Source of the DNA: Escherichia phage KKP 3954
Sequence record: OR067838.1
DNA: 64,000 bases
Strand: one strand, 5' to 3'
Shown piece after piece: positions 25,797 to 35,543 of the stretch. The notes under the pieces are model-generated. The model worked only from the letters and a program-made list of their open reading frames with translations, was not told where the DNA came from and did not search any database. Positions within the stretch are counted from its first letter, which is position 1. Each line of letters starts with the position of its first letter. The translations under genes and the position numbers were made by a program.

Positions 25797-28037
25797 TTGA
25801 TTCGTTTTGTAACTAAATCTAATGGTAAGACAGAGGAGTTTAACCCAGAAAAACTTCGCAAGTGGTCTGAATTTGCAGCAGGTAAACTAAACTGGTCTGA
25901 AATTGAATTAGAAGCTGTGAAGCGGTGTTATGACGGTGTGTCTACACGTGATCTGCATAAAGCAATGATTGCAGCGTGTATTGACAAGAAAACACAAGCT
26001 TACAGTGATATGGCAGGAAGACTTCTTCTAGGTATGATTTACAAACAGGCTCATGGGGGATACCACAGTATCCCTTCACTGAATACCTTTTATCATGATA
26101 TGGTAGAACGTGGACACTGGGCTAAAATGGATTATACTGATGAAGAGATCAAAGAAATCGGTAAGATTGTAAAGCATAATAAAAATCTAACTTATGGTTA
26201 TTCTGTTTTACGTCAGATGGTAGATAAATATCTTATTCGAGATGCAGTAAACGATGTGGTGCATGAGTCTCCACAGTTTCTTTTCATTGGTATCGCAATG
26301 AAGGTTATGGAGATCCAACCAAAAGAACGCCGTATAGAAGATATTAAAAAACTTTATACTTATGTTAGCGATCTTAAGATTAATCTGCCATCGCCGTATC
26401 TGACAACTCTACGAACTCCAATCAAAGGAAGTGCGTCTTGTTGTTTATTCCGTGCAGATGATACGGCAGAGTCTTTAGCCATTGCTAATTACTTAGCTCA
26501 TGAGTATACATTGAATAACGCAGGTATTGGTGTTAATCTTCAAACTCGTGCCACAGGTCAAGGTGTTAAGAATAATCGTATTATTCACGGTGGTCTTCTT
26601 CCGTATCTGAAATGGATGGAAGATAGTGTTGGAGCTTCAAAGCAAGCAAGCCGTGGAGGTAGTGCTACAGTTACCTTTACCATACTTGAACCAGACTTCG
26701 ACGATCTGATTCGACTGAAGAATCCAACAACACCTATAGATAAACGAGTGGATAAACTAGATTATTCTATTGTTGTTAACCGTTCGTTCTTGCGTCGAGC
26801 AGCAAAAAACGAAGACTGGATGTTAGTTAGTTGTGATGATGCTCCTGAACTTTATGAAGCTTTATATAAAAGTGAAGAAGAGTTTGATGCAGTTTATGAC
26901 AAAGTAAGTCGTCGTCGCATTAAGAAAAAATTTGTTAAGGCTCGTGATCTTCTGACAGAGATTATTGTTCAACGTGCAGAAACAGGACGTATTTACATGT
27001 TCTTTGCTGACAACGTTAACAACCATACACCTTTCTTGGATACGGTGTATCAATCAAACCTGTGTCAAGAGATCTTCTTGCCAACTAAAGCTTTCCACAG
27101 TATGCCGGATCTCTTTACTGGTGAGAATACAGAAGATCAAGAATTGGCTTTATGCTTCTTATCTTCTATTGTTGCTGGTCGTGTATTACCTGAAGAATAT
27201 GAGGATGTTGCATACTACACTGTATTGACAATTGACAACGTTATTGAAACAATGGATTATCCATTTAAACATAACGAAATAACTGCTAAAGCACGTAGAT
27301 CTATTGGTGTAGGTATTACAAACTTAGCGCATTACTTGGCAAGTAATTTTGTAAATTATTCAGATGCTTATGCTAAAAAATTAATGCATGAACTTGCAGA
27401 ACGTCATTACTTTTGGTTGGCAAAAGCCTCTCTGCGTCTGGCTAAGGAAAAAGGTAATGCGGAATGGATCGATAAGACAAAATGGCCTCAAGGTTGGCTA
27501 CCAATTGACACCTATGCTAAAACAGTAGATAGTATCGGTAATTTTGATCTTAAAATGGACTGGGAAGGCTTACGTGCTGAAATCATTGAACAAGGTGGTA
27601 TCCGTAACAGTGTATTGGCTGCTATTGCACCTAATGAGTCCAGCAGTTTGGTAAGCAATACTACTAACTCTCTGTATCCTGTTCGTGATACCATTATGTA
27701 TAAACAAAGTCAGAAAGGTAGTGTATTATTTATTGTTCCAGACTACGAAAAACTGAAAATGTTCTACCAATCTGCCTGGGATACTCCGGCTAAAGACCTT
27801 GCAGAAATGTATGGTATCTTTACCAAGTTTACTGACCAAGGAATTTCTTGTGATTCTTGGCTAGATTATTCTAAATTGGTAGGTGGACGTTTATCCGTGA
27901 AAGCTGAGATGCAGTTTATTTTGAATTTTGCTAGACTGGGTGGCAAATCATTGTATTACCTTAATAGTAGAACAAAATCAGCAGACTCTTTAGCACAAGA
28001 AGATTCTGATGGTGGTTGTGAAGCTTGCAAGATGTGA
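25797..28037 (+). CDS. nrdA: ribonucleotide reductase class Ia alpha subunit
   Basis: 746 aa; TTG start after GGAGGAG; N-terminal ATP-cone VTKSNGKTEEFNPEKL; active-site SNLCQEI; C-terminal CEACKM. Confidence 0.85.
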   Translation: MIRFVTKSNGKTEEFNPEKLRKWSEFAAGKLNWSEIELEAVKRCYDGVSTRDLHKAMIAACIDKKTQAYSDMAGRLLLGMIYKQAHGGYHSIPSLNTFYHDMVERGHWAKMDYTDEEIKEIGKIVKHNKNLTYGYSVLRQMVDKYLIRDAVNDVVHESPQFLFIGIAMKVMEIQPKERRIEDIKKLYTYVSDLKINLPSPYLTTLRTPIKGSASCCLFRADDTAESLAIANYLAHEYTLNNAGIGVNLQTRATGQGVKNNRIIHGGLLPYLKWMEDSVGASKQASRGGSATVTFTILEPDFDDLIRLKNPTTPIDKRVDKLDYSIVVNRSFLRRAAKNEDWMLVSCDDAPELYEALYKSEEEFDAVYDKVSRRRIKKKFVKARDLLTEIIVQRAETGRIYMFFADNVNNHTPFLDTVYQSNLCQEIFLPTKAFHSMPDLFTGENTEDQELALCFLSSIVAGRVLPEEYEDVAYYTVLTIDNVIETMDYPFKHNEITAKARRSIGVGITNLAHYLASNFVNYSDAYAKKLMHELAERHYFWLAKASLRLAKEKGNAEWIDKTKWPQGWLPIDTYAKTVDSIGNFDLKMDWEGLRAEIIEQGGIRNSVLAAIAPNESSSLVSNTTNSLYPVRDTIMYKQSQKGSVLFIVPDYEKLKMFYQSAWDTPAKDLAEMYGIFTKFTDQGISCDSWLDYSKLVGGRLSVKAEMQFILNFARLGGKSLYYLNSRTKSADSLAQEDSDGGCEACKM

Positions 28038-28045
28038 TGAAACTA

Positions 28046-28067
28046 GGGGCTTCGGCCCCTTTTTATT
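28046..28067 (+). terminator. terminator hairpin GGGGC-UUCG-GCCCC plus U-tract
   Basis: Perfect 5-bp GC stem with UUCG tetraloop then TTTTTATT, right after nrdA stop. Confidence 0.55.
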
Positions 28068-28081
28068 GAGGAGAATTTTAA

Positions 28082-29170
28082 ATGGCAGCAATTAATTTAC
28101 ACAATGAAGTTTACAAAACAGGAAAATATCCAGTATTTTTAGGGGAACAATTAGGGATCTTTGATTCTGTTAACGTAACTTATCCAGAGATGCACAAACT
28201 CTACAAACTTCAAAAAGCACAAGATTGGGATGAGAATGAAGTCAATCTGGATCAGACACGTAAAGATTTCGTAGCTTGTTCTAAAAACAACTATGATGTT
28301 ATGATTAAAAACTTATCGTTCCAATGGGAAAATGATTCTCTTGCAAAATCAATCATCACTTTGTTCTCTCCATTCTTGAGTAACAATGAAGCCTGTGCTA
28401 TGATGATGAAGCAGAGTGAAATGGAAGTTCTCCATGCGTTAACGTATTCTGAAATAATCCGTCAATGTACTCCAGATCCAATCGAAGTCATCAATCAGAT
28501 TATGATTAATGATAAAATTTTCAATCGTATGGGTATCATTGCTGATATCATGGGTCAGTTGGAAGAAGCTGGTCATAAGTATGCTCTAGGATTGATTGAA
28601 GCTAACGATGAACTTCGACTGCTGATTCTTAAAGGGATGGTAGCCCTGATTGGATTAGAAGGTATTCAGTTTATATCTTCCTTCTCTGCTACTTTTGCTA
28701 TGGCAGAACAACAACTGTTTGTTGGGGCTTGTAAACTGATCCAGAAAATTATGCTAGATGAAATCTTGCATGTTAAGATGGATTATGCTGTAATTGATGC
28801 ATTGATGCATGACCCAATTTGGCGTAAAATTTACGAAGACAATATTGAAGAGTTGACTTTGATCCTCGACACTGTTGTTGAACAAGAGGAACAGTGGTGT
28901 GACTACCTGTTTAGTGAAGGTCGTTTTATTGTAGGTCTTAACGCCGAATTGTCTAAACAGTGGGTTTATTTCAATGCTGCTCCTATTTATCGTCGATTGA
29001 AAATGAAAGCCAAGTTTAAAGCACCTAAACATAGCCCTTTAGCTTGGATGGAAAAATGGTTGAATCCTGATTTGATTCAGTCAGCAGCCCAAGAGATTCA
29101 GTTAACTAACTACAAATTGAATTCAGCTAACAAAGATCTCTCTGATGATGAGGAGCTTGACTTCGAATGA
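28082..29170 (+). CDS. nrdB: ribonucleotide reductase class Ia beta subunit
   Basis: 362 aa directly downstream of nrdA; ferritin-like helical protein with conserved Glu/His spacing. Confidence 0.75.
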   Translation: MAAINLHNEVYKTGKYPVFLGEQLGIFDSVNVTYPEMHKLYKLQKAQDWDENEVNLDQTRKDFVACSKNNYDVMIKNLSFQWENDSLAKSIITLFSPFLSNNEACAMMMKQSEMEVLHALTYSEIIRQCTPDPIEVINQIMINDKIFNRMGIIADIMGQLEEAGHKYALGLIEANDELRLLILKGMVALIGLEGIQFISSFSATFAMAEQQLFVGACKLIQKIMLDEILHVKMDYAVIDALMHDPIWRKIYEDNIEELTLILDTVVEQEEQWCDYLFSEGRFIVGLNAELSKQWVYFNAAPIYRRLKMKAKFKAPKHSPLAWMEKWLNPDLIQSAAQEIQLTNYKLNSANKDLSDDEELDFE

Positions 29171-29376
29171 TTTTGAAATGTGTTGGTATAATCGACACAT
29201 TCAAAGACGTTTTTGATAAAGGGGCTTCTTATGAAGCCTCTGAAATGAAGAATGGTTTTTGTGATGTATTCGGTAAACGCCTGAAGAAAAACGGCGATCC
29301 TTGGCTAGGAGTTATGTCTTGTGGTCATATTATTGTAAATGGTGTTGCCAAATTTGAAATAATTAAGGAGGAATAG
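29167..29376 (+). CDS. hypothetical protein
   Basis: 69 aa; ATGA overlap with nrdB stop. Confidence 0.45.
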   Translation: MILKCVGIIDTFKDVFDKGASYEASEMKNGFCDVFGKRLKKNGDPWLGVMSCGHIIVNGVAKFEIIKEE

Positions 29377-29528
29377 TGGCTGAAAAACTTATTTTTTGTC
29401 CTGTGTGCGGTGGGACGGGACAGATGGAAGTGGAAATTATGGTAACATTTCCTTGCCTGAATTGTCATGGTGAGGGACGAGTAGTAGTCTTTGAAAAAGA
29501 AGGGTTGGAGGTAGAAGATGGAGAGTGA
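29376..29528 (+). CDS. small zinc-ribbon protein (about 50 aa)
   Basis: GTG start after AGGAGG; CPVCGG ... CLNCHG; not in track. Confidence 0.35.
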   Translation: MAEKLIFCPVCGGTGQMEVEIMVTFPCLNCHGEGRVVVFEKEGLEVEDGE

Positions 29529-29682
29529 AAAAGAGTATGTCCGCATTCCACGAGAATTAACAGATCACATTGCAGAAGCAATAGCTTTCGAAGCTAGATG
29601 TTGTGGAGGTATTGCTTACGATATTTATGAAGCAATTATTAAAGCTGCTCAAGAAGAGGAGGAGATGAATAATGGGTATTGA
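29518..29682 (+). CDS. small hypothetical protein (54 aa)
   Basis: ATG overlapping upstream gene end; not in track. Confidence 0.3.
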   Translation: MESEKEYVRIPRELTDHIAEAIAFEARCCGGIAYDIYEAIIKAAQEEEEMNNGY

Positions 29683-29998
29683 TATCGAATGGCGTATGTT
29701 ACAGGGTGCACCATATGATAAATGGAAAGAAATATTTGGAGACGACCCACAAGTTGAAGACCAGTTCGATGGGGACTTTAATTGGTTTCTCTGCGAAGGT
29801 TTGGGCTTGGAAAACATTTCCCCGTGGTACGATGCAGATCCTGAAGATTGTGTCTTCGGTGTCAAGCTGTGTAGCGGTTGTGGTGCTTGTGCCATAGACC
29901 TCACAAGCTTAAATAAAAAAGCAAATGAGATCTATTTTGAACTACTTAATAAGTATAATATTGAAACTGAAACATTAGTGTCACAAAACGTCTGGTAA
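29672..29998 (+). CDS. hypothetical protein
   Basis: 108 aa; GGAGGAG RBS. Confidence 0.5.
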   Translation: MGIDIEWRMLQGAPYDKWKEIFGDDPQVEDQFDGDFNWFLCEGLGLENISPWYDADPEDCVFGVKLCSGCGACAIDLTSLNKKANEIYFELLNKYNIETETLVSQNVW

Positions 29999-30007
29999 GG
30001 AGAACTG

Positions 30008-30493
30008 ATGCGCTATCTGGTAACAGGTGGTCTTGGTTTTATTGGGAGCGCCGTGGTGCGCTCTCTTTGTCAAGATCCTAATAACGAAGTTTTTATCATT
30101 GATAAAATGGGTTATGCAGCAGACATTGAGAATGTAGGTGATATCACTCACGCTAAACTAAGCATGACAGATTTGGCAAACGAAGCCCAGGTCAAAAGTT
30201 TAGTAGTAGAGTGCAATCCCGATTTCATCATTCACTTAGCGGCAGAGAGCCATGTGGATAATTCTATCAAGAATCCACGAGCTTTCATCGACTCCAATAT
30301 TATTGGTACATACAATTTATTGGAAGCTGCAAGGCTCCTCCCAAAGAATAAACTGAAGATGTTCATACACGTCTCCACAGACGAAGTGTATACGGTGATA
30401 TGGCAGACTCTGGCGTTCCCTTTACCGAAGAGACAGCTTATGCCCCTTCAAGCCCGTACAGTGCGTCTAAGGCAGCATCTGACCATCTTGTGA
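30008..30493 (+). CDS. rmlB: dTDP-glucose 4,6-dehydratase, N-terminal part (frame-disrupted)
   Basis: VTGGLGFIGS Rossmann motif; HVSTDEVY then frame loss. Confidence 0.65.
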   Translation: MRYLVTGGLGFIGSAVVRSLCQDPNNEVFIIDKMGYAADIENVGDITHAKLSMTDLANEAQVKSLVVECNPDFIIHLAAESHVDNSIKNPRAFIDSNIIGTYNLLEAARLLPKNKLKMFIHVSTDEVYTVIWQTLAFPLPKRQLMPLQARTVRLRQHLTIL

Positions 30494-31002
30494 AAGCTTG
30501 GCACCGTACCTACGATTTACCTGTTGTGATAACCAACTGCTCCAATAACTTTGGACCCTATCAACATCCAGAAAAGCTGATCCCAAAAATCATCACAAGT
30601 ATCTTGACGAATAAAGAGATTCCGGTGTATGGTAAAGGCGATCAGGTGCGAGACTGGCTTTTTGTTGAGGATCATGCGCGAGCTATTCTTCAAGTGGCAA
30701 CAGGTGGAGAACCAGGTAAAACGTATAATGTGGGAACACGTAATCCCAAAACCAATATGGAGATCATCTATATGGTTTGTGACTACATGGATGCTGTACA
30801 TCCAGAAGCAGGAACCTACCCTTCTTCCAACTTGATAACTTTTGTTGAAGATCGTAAAGGGCATGACTTGCGTTATGAAATCAATCCTTCTAAGATAGAG
30901 TTTGAACTGGGTTGGAGTGCAAACTCTACATTTGAACAAGATCTCTACTCAACGATTGAATGGTACTTAAACAACCCTCAATGGTGGAGTGGGAAGATTT
31001 AA
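30400..31002 (+). CDS. rmlB: dTDP-glucose 4,6-dehydratase, C-terminal part in second frame
   Basis: [32 protein letters not shown] (catalytic YxxxK region) open from about 30388; about 2 nt extra at GTGTATACGG. Confidence 0.65.
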   Translation: MADSGVPFTEETAYAPSSPYSASKAASDHLVKAWHRTYDLPVVITNCSNNFGPYQHPEKLIPKIITSILTNKEIPVYGKGDQVRDWLFVEDHARAILQVATGGEPGKTYNVGTRNPKTNMEIIYMVCDYMDAVHPEAGTYPSSNLITFVEDRKGHDLRYEINPSKIEFELGWSANSTFEQDLYSTIEWYLNNPQWWSGKI

Positions 31003-31010
31003 GGAGGGCT

Positions 31011-31889
31011 ATGAAAGGTATTATTTTGGCGGGAGGAAGTGGAACCCGCCTTCATCCGGTAACACGCAGTGTGAGCAAGCAATTGCTCCCTGTGTATGAC
31101 AAACCCATGATCTACTACCCTTTATCGGTATTGATGTTGGCTGACATTAAGGATATCTTAATCATTACCACACCAGGCGATCAGGAAGACTTTGAGTATC
31201 TTCTCGGAGATGGGTCTATGTTTGGGATAAAACTCACTTACGCAATCCAATCCGAGCCACGAGGTCTTGCGGACGCTTTCATCATCGGTAAAGATTTTAT
31301 CGGAGAAGACTCTGTTGCTCTTATTTTAGGTGACAACCTATTCTTCGGACAAAGCTTTGGTAAACTACTGATTAACGCCAGTGAGATGGTAGATGTTTGT
31401 GGCGGAGCTTGTATCTTCGGGTATTTGGTGAAAGATCCTGAACGATTCGGTGTGGTTGAATTTGGGAGTAATCGTCAAGCTATTTCTATTGAAGAGAAAC
31501 CTGAAAATCCTAAATCAGATTATGCTGTCACAGGTTTGTATTTCTATGATAACTCTGTTGTTCAACGTGCATTAGAAGTAACCCCTTCCGCGCGTGGAGA
31601 ACTGGAGATCACAGATATCAATCGCAGCTACCTCGAAGACAGGAAGTTACAAGTGGAAGTTCTCGGACGAGGATTTACTTGGCTTGACACAGGAACACAC
31701 GCCAGTCTGATGGAAGCTGGTCAATTCGTGCAGACTATTGAGAACCGTCAAGGATTGAAGATTGCGTGCCTGGAAGAAATTGCTTTCAAAAAAGGGTGGA
31801 TTTCTTTAGAGACTTTGTTGTATCATGGAAACTCACTGAAGAAAACAGAATACGGGCAATACCTACTCAAATTAGCGGAGAGAAAATGA
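31011..31889 (+). CDS. rmlA: glucose-1-phosphate thymidylyltransferase
   Basis: Track ORF 30960..31889; AGGAGGG RBS supports start [14 protein letters not shown]. Confidence 0.8.
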   Translation: MKGIILAGGSGTRLHPVTRSVSKQLLPVYDKPMIYYPLSVLMLADIKDILIITTPGDQEDFEYLLGDGSMFGIKLTYAIQSEPRGLADAFIIGKDFIGEDSVALILGDNLFFGQSFGKLLINASEMVDVCGGACIFGYLVKDPERFGVVEFGSNRQAISIEEKPENPKSDYAVTGLYFYDNSVVQRALEVTPSARGELEITDINRSYLEDRKLQVEVLGRGFTWLDTGTHASLMEAGQFVQTIENRQGLKIACLEEIAFKKGWISLETLLYHGNSLKKTEYGQYLLKLAERK

Positions 31890-32452
31890 AAGTAGAAAAA
31901 ACAAAAATTGAAGGTGCGGTAATTATCAAACCAGACGTTTATAAAGATGATCGTGGTTTCTTTTTAGAAACATATAATGAACAAAAATACGAAGATATCA
32001 TTGGTAGACAAACTTTCGTTCAAGATAACATGTCTAAATCAAACTTCGGTGTTTTGCGAGGAATGCACTTTCAAACAAATAATCCGCAAGGTAAGCTTGT
32101 TCGTTGTGTAAGTGGGGAAGTATTGGATTTCGCTGTAGACCTACGTAAAGATAGTCCTACTTACGGTGCTTGGGACGGTGTTGTTCTTCGTGCACGACAC
32201 CATACACAGTTCTGGCTTCCACCTGGTTTGGCACATGGTTTTATAGTGCTGAGTATGGATGCTATCTTCGAATACAAATGCACAACTCCATACGACCCTT
32301 CCAGCGAACAAAGTTTACGTTGGGATGATCCTGATATAGGGATTGATTGGGGCTTCGATATGATTTTTGACGAAGATTTTAAACCTATCTTATCAACAAA
32401 AGATGCAATGGCTAAGTCTTTTCAACAGCTACGTAGCGAGGGTGTATGCTAA
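31886..32452 (+). CDS. rmlC: dTDP-4-dehydrorhamnose 3,5-epimerase
   Basis: Track ORF 31766..32452; start [10 protein letters not shown] overlaps rmlA stop (ATGA); cupin-type motifs DDRGFF and RGMHFQ. Confidence 0.75.
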   Translation: MKVEKTKIEGAVIIKPDVYKDDRGFFLETYNEQKYEDIIGRQTFVQDNMSKSNFGVLRGMHFQTNNPQGKLVRCVSGEVLDFAVDLRKDSPTYGAWDGVVLRARHHTQFWLPPGLAHGFIVLSMDAIFEYKCTTPYDPSSEQSLRWDDPDIGIDWGFDMIFDEDFKPILSTKDAMAKSFQQLRSEGVC

Positions 32453-33288
32453 CATATCTGGTATTGGGTGGTAATGGACAACTGGGACAAGCTTTACGTA
32501 AAGTGGCTCCTTCAAATGTGTCTTTAATTTATCCTAAAGAACGTGTAGATATTACAAATTTTGAAGCTGTGCGAAACGCTATTGTTGAAGATTATGTAGA
32601 TGGTGTTATTAATTGCGCTGCTTATACGGCTGTAGATAAAGCAGAACATGATTTTGCTACTGCTTTGGCTGTTAATGCCTATGGCCCTGCAAATACTGCG
32701 GCAGTGTGCAGCAAACTTAAAATTGATTTTGTGCATATTTCTACAGACTATATTTTTAATTATTCTCATCCTATTTTTGAAGATACTACACCTAACCCAA
32801 TAAACAATTATGGGTATACGAAAGAACTTGGTGAAAAAATGGTGCGAGGAGTTAACCCAAATGCATATATTATTCGAACAGCCTCGGTATATAGCGAATT
32901 TGGAAATAACTTTCTAAAAACCATGTTGTCTCGCTATAATGATGGACAACGTGATTTTATTATTGTTGCTGATCAGTTCTCTTGTCCAACATATGCCCCA
33001 GATTTAGCAGAAGCTATTTTTGAAGTATTAAAAACAGGTTGGTCAAGATCTGTAAAGACTTACCATTTTGCAGGAAGCCATCTTATTTCTTGGGCGGAGT
33101 TTGCGGAAAAGATCTTGACACAGATGCCAGAACCTGTTAAGATATCGGCGGTATCAGCTTCAACCTATAATGCTCCAGCAGCACGTCCGGTGAAGTCACA
33201 ATTAGTAACCAGTCACTATCTTACAAAATCAGATTTAAATAAAGGTATTGAACGGTCTTTAGCAGTATTACTTAATAAGGAGAGGTAA
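32446..33288 (+). CDS. rmlD: dTDP-4-dehydrorhamnose reductase
   Basis: 280 aa; N-terminal LGGNGQLG Rossmann motif; completes B-A-C-D order. Confidence 0.75.
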   Translation: MLTYLVLGGNGQLGQALRKVAPSNVSLIYPKERVDITNFEAVRNAIVEDYVDGVINCAAYTAVDKAEHDFATALAVNAYGPANTAAVCSKLKIDFVHISTDYIFNYSHPIFEDTTPNPINNYGYTKELGEKMVRGVNPNAYIIRTASVYSEFGNNFLKTMLSRYNDGQRDFIIVADQFSCPTYAPDLAEAIFEVLKTGWSRSVKTYHFAGSHLISWAEFAEKILTQMPEPVKISAVSASTYNAPAARPVKSQLVTSHYLTKSDLNKGIERSLAVLLNKER

Positions 33289-33548
33289 TGGAATTTGTAA
33301 TTTTTGGTAAACCTAACTGTCAATTTTGCGAAATGTCAAAACAACTATTAACCATGCGCAATAAACAGTTTGAATATTTAAGTCTTGACCAAGACTACGA
33401 TTTAGAATCAATGACTAAAACAGTTGTTGATCTTACCGGAGTTCCTCCACGCACATTTCCACAAATTCTGTCTGAAGTGAACGGGGAGGTAACATACGTA
33501 GGCGGTTTTACCGAACTGCGTGATCTCATGGCTCAAATTGCGGAGTAA
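33288..33548 (+). CDS. glutaredoxin / NrdH-like thioredoxin (T4 NrdC-like)
   Basis: 86 aa; CQFC active site near N-terminus; ATGA overlap with rmlD. Confidence 0.7.
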   Translation: MEFVIFGKPNCQFCEMSKQLLTMRNKQFEYLSLDQDYDLESMTKTVVDLTGVPPRTFPQILSEVNGEVTYVGGFTELRDLMAQIAE

Positions 33549-33553
33549 CAATT

Positions 33554-33703
33554 ATGAAAAGTAAACAGAAACGTAAGATCTTTTCTCGTGCTTTGGCAAA
33601 TGAGCTGAAGTCCAACATAAAGAAAACGAAACCAAAACGTGAAACTTCTCCAGAACACCTGTTGTTTAACGAGTTGGATCACGGAGTAGGAGACGACGAA
33701 TAG
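33554..33703 (+). CDS. small basic hypothetical protein (49 aa)
   Basis: Not in track; weak RBS; MKSKQKRKIFSR. Confidence 0.25.
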   Translation: MKSKQKRKIFSRALANELKSNIKKTKPKRETSPEHLLFNELDHGVGDDE

Positions 33704-33710
33704 GAAGTAA

Positions 33711-34211
33711 ATGGCTAAAGTAGTAGATGAGTTTGATATGCTACGAGTCGATGAAGGACTGAAGCTTACTGTTTATCAAGACCATCTTGGTTATTGGACA
33801 GTCGGCATAGGACACCTTCTGACTAAAATAAAAGATAAAGCAAAGGCTATTCAAATCTTAGATAATCTCCTTGGTCGTAAGACCAATGGAGTTATCACAG
33901 AAAAAGAAGCCCGTCAAATCTTTGCTGACGATGTTGCAAAAGTGAAGAGAGACATAAAAAACAGTGCTATCTTATCACCAATCTATGATAAGGTGAGTGA
34001 TACTCGTAAATTGGGAATAATCAACATGGTTTTCCAGTTGGGGTTAAAAGGTGCTGAAGGGTTTCAAAATAGCTTGACTTTAATCAGCAATGCATATTAT
34101 ACTCAAGCAGGTAAAAACATGCGTAAAAGCCGATGGTATAGCCAGACGCCAAACCGTGCTGAACGAGTAATTAAAGTTCTGACTTCTGGAACTTTAGATG
34201 CTTACAACTAA
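33711..34211 (+). CDS. T4-type lysozyme (endolysin)
   Basis: 166 aa; EGLKLTVYQDHLGYWTVGIGHLLTK (catalytic Glu/Asp region), NGVITE, INMVFQLG, SRWYSQTPNRAERVI all T4 lysozyme-like. Confidence 0.9.
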   Translation: MAKVVDEFDMLRVDEGLKLTVYQDHLGYWTVGIGHLLTKIKDKAKAIQILDNLLGRKTNGVITEKEARQIFADDVAKVKRDIKNSAILSPIYDKVSDTRKLGIINMVFQLGLKGAEGFQNSLTLISNAYYTQAGKNMRKSRWYSQTPNRAERVIKVLTSGTLDAYN

Positions 34212-34215
34212 TAAA

Positions 34216-34229
34216 GGGGCTTCGGCCCC
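34216..34229 (+). terminator. GGGGC-UUCG-GCCCC hairpin (weak U-tract)
   Basis: Same 14-nt hairpin as at 28046 and 46308, right after lysozyme stop. Confidence 0.4.
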
Positions 34230-34248
34230 TTCTAAAAGGAGTGCTACT

Positions 34249-35007
34249 ATGGGAAATAAAACCGCAGCTAAAACACAACGGCAGAAACTGGCTAATTCAG
34301 CAAAGATTGAAAGCCGTTATGCAGCAAAAGCGGTAGGTAATGACGATTACCGTTTAGATGAATTTATGCCTGAAGGGGACCAAAATAAGATTGTTCAAAG
34401 CATGATTTGGAATGATCTGACTGTTGTAAATGCTCCGGCAGGGACTGGTAAAACCTCTGTTGCTTTATGGAAAGCTTTGCAGATGCTTCGTTCAGGAGAC
34501 TTCCGTAAACTACTTTTTATCAAGAACCCTACTGAAGTCGGAGATGATCAGATTGGTTTCTTGTCTGGGGATAAAACAGATAAACTAGCAGCACACTATG
34601 AATCTACAAAACGTATTTTCCAGCAATTCATGACAGCCAACAAATTGGAAAACGATATTGGATCAGGTAAGATCGAATTGAATATTCCTAACTATTTGTT
34701 GGGAGCTACCCTGGATAATACAATTGTCATTATTGACGAAGCACAACTTATGTCAACAGAAACACTTAAACTTCTTATTGAACGTGCAGGTATTAATACG
34801 CATGTTATTGTATTAGGCGATGTTCGCCAGACATATGCAATTAAAAAACGTAGCAATGGTCTGCATCAAATTTTGGAACTTTTATATCCAGAAAATGAAG
34901 AAGGTGTTCGTGAGCCAATTGTAGATTTTATTGGATATGTTGAACTGACAACGGACGATAATAAACGTGGACGTTTGTCTAAACTGATTACTGAAGTGTT
35001 TATTTAA
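34249..35007 (+). CDS. phoH: PhoH-like ATPase
   Basis: Track ORF 34198..35007; AAGGAG RBS supports start MGNKTAAK; Walker A NAPAGTGKTSVAL; Walker B VIIDEAQL. Confidence 0.8.
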   Translation: MGNKTAAKTQRQKLANSAKIESRYAAKAVGNDDYRLDEFMPEGDQNKIVQSMIWNDLTVVNAPAGTGKTSVALWKALQMLRSGDFRKLLFIKNPTEVGDDQIGFLSGDKTDKLAAHYESTKRIFQQFMTANKLENDIGSGKIELNIPNYLLGATLDNTIVIIDEAQLMSTETLKLLIERAGINTHVIVLGDVRQTYAIKKRSNGLHQILELLYPENEEGVREPIVDFIGYVELTTDDNKRGRLSKLITEVFI

Positions 35008-35039
35008 TAACGTGGCAGGGAAGCCATTTATAAGGAGGA

Positions 35040-35543
35040 TTGATGGGTGTAGCAACAATAGCTATCGGAAGAAGCGGTATAGATGAGTGCTATCAAACGG
35101 GACTCGTAAAACCTAACGAATTTCGTCAAATTTGTGTAAACCATATTGAAAAAGAGATTGCTCTTACTTTAGAGAATATGACCCTCCGAGATAAACTGGA
35201 AATGTTTAAATGTTGGTGTCTAGGAGAAGATTGGCTTTTAAACCATTTTCAAGAACTTTCTGATAGTAAAGAAAGCTTGTTTGATTGTATAATAGGAATA
35301 GCTGGCTCCGATCCTAGCCTTCTGCACATAACAGAAGAAGAGGCGAAGTTACTGTTCTTAAGTAATTTGTTTAATAAGAAAGCACTGCTTGTTCGTGATT
35401 GCAGTGATCTTCTTAATAACCCGCTCGCAACGTCTGATCAAATTTTTGTTGACAAAGAGACACTACGTGCGATAGAATACATCTGCAAATATGTGAATGG
35501 CGGGAAAGCGGTTCTTAAAACATTAACAGAGGAGGAAGAATAG
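35040..35543 (+). CDS. hypothetical protein
   Basis: 167 aa; AGGAGG RBS. Confidence 0.55.
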   Translation: MMGVATIAIGRSGIDECYQTGLVKPNEFRQICVNHIEKEIALTLENMTLRDKLEMFKCWCLGEDWLLNHFQELSDSKESLFDCIIGIAGSDPSLLHITEEEAKLLFLSNLFNKKALLVRDCSDLLNNPLATSDQIFVDKETLRAIEYICKYVNGGKAVLKTLTEEEE

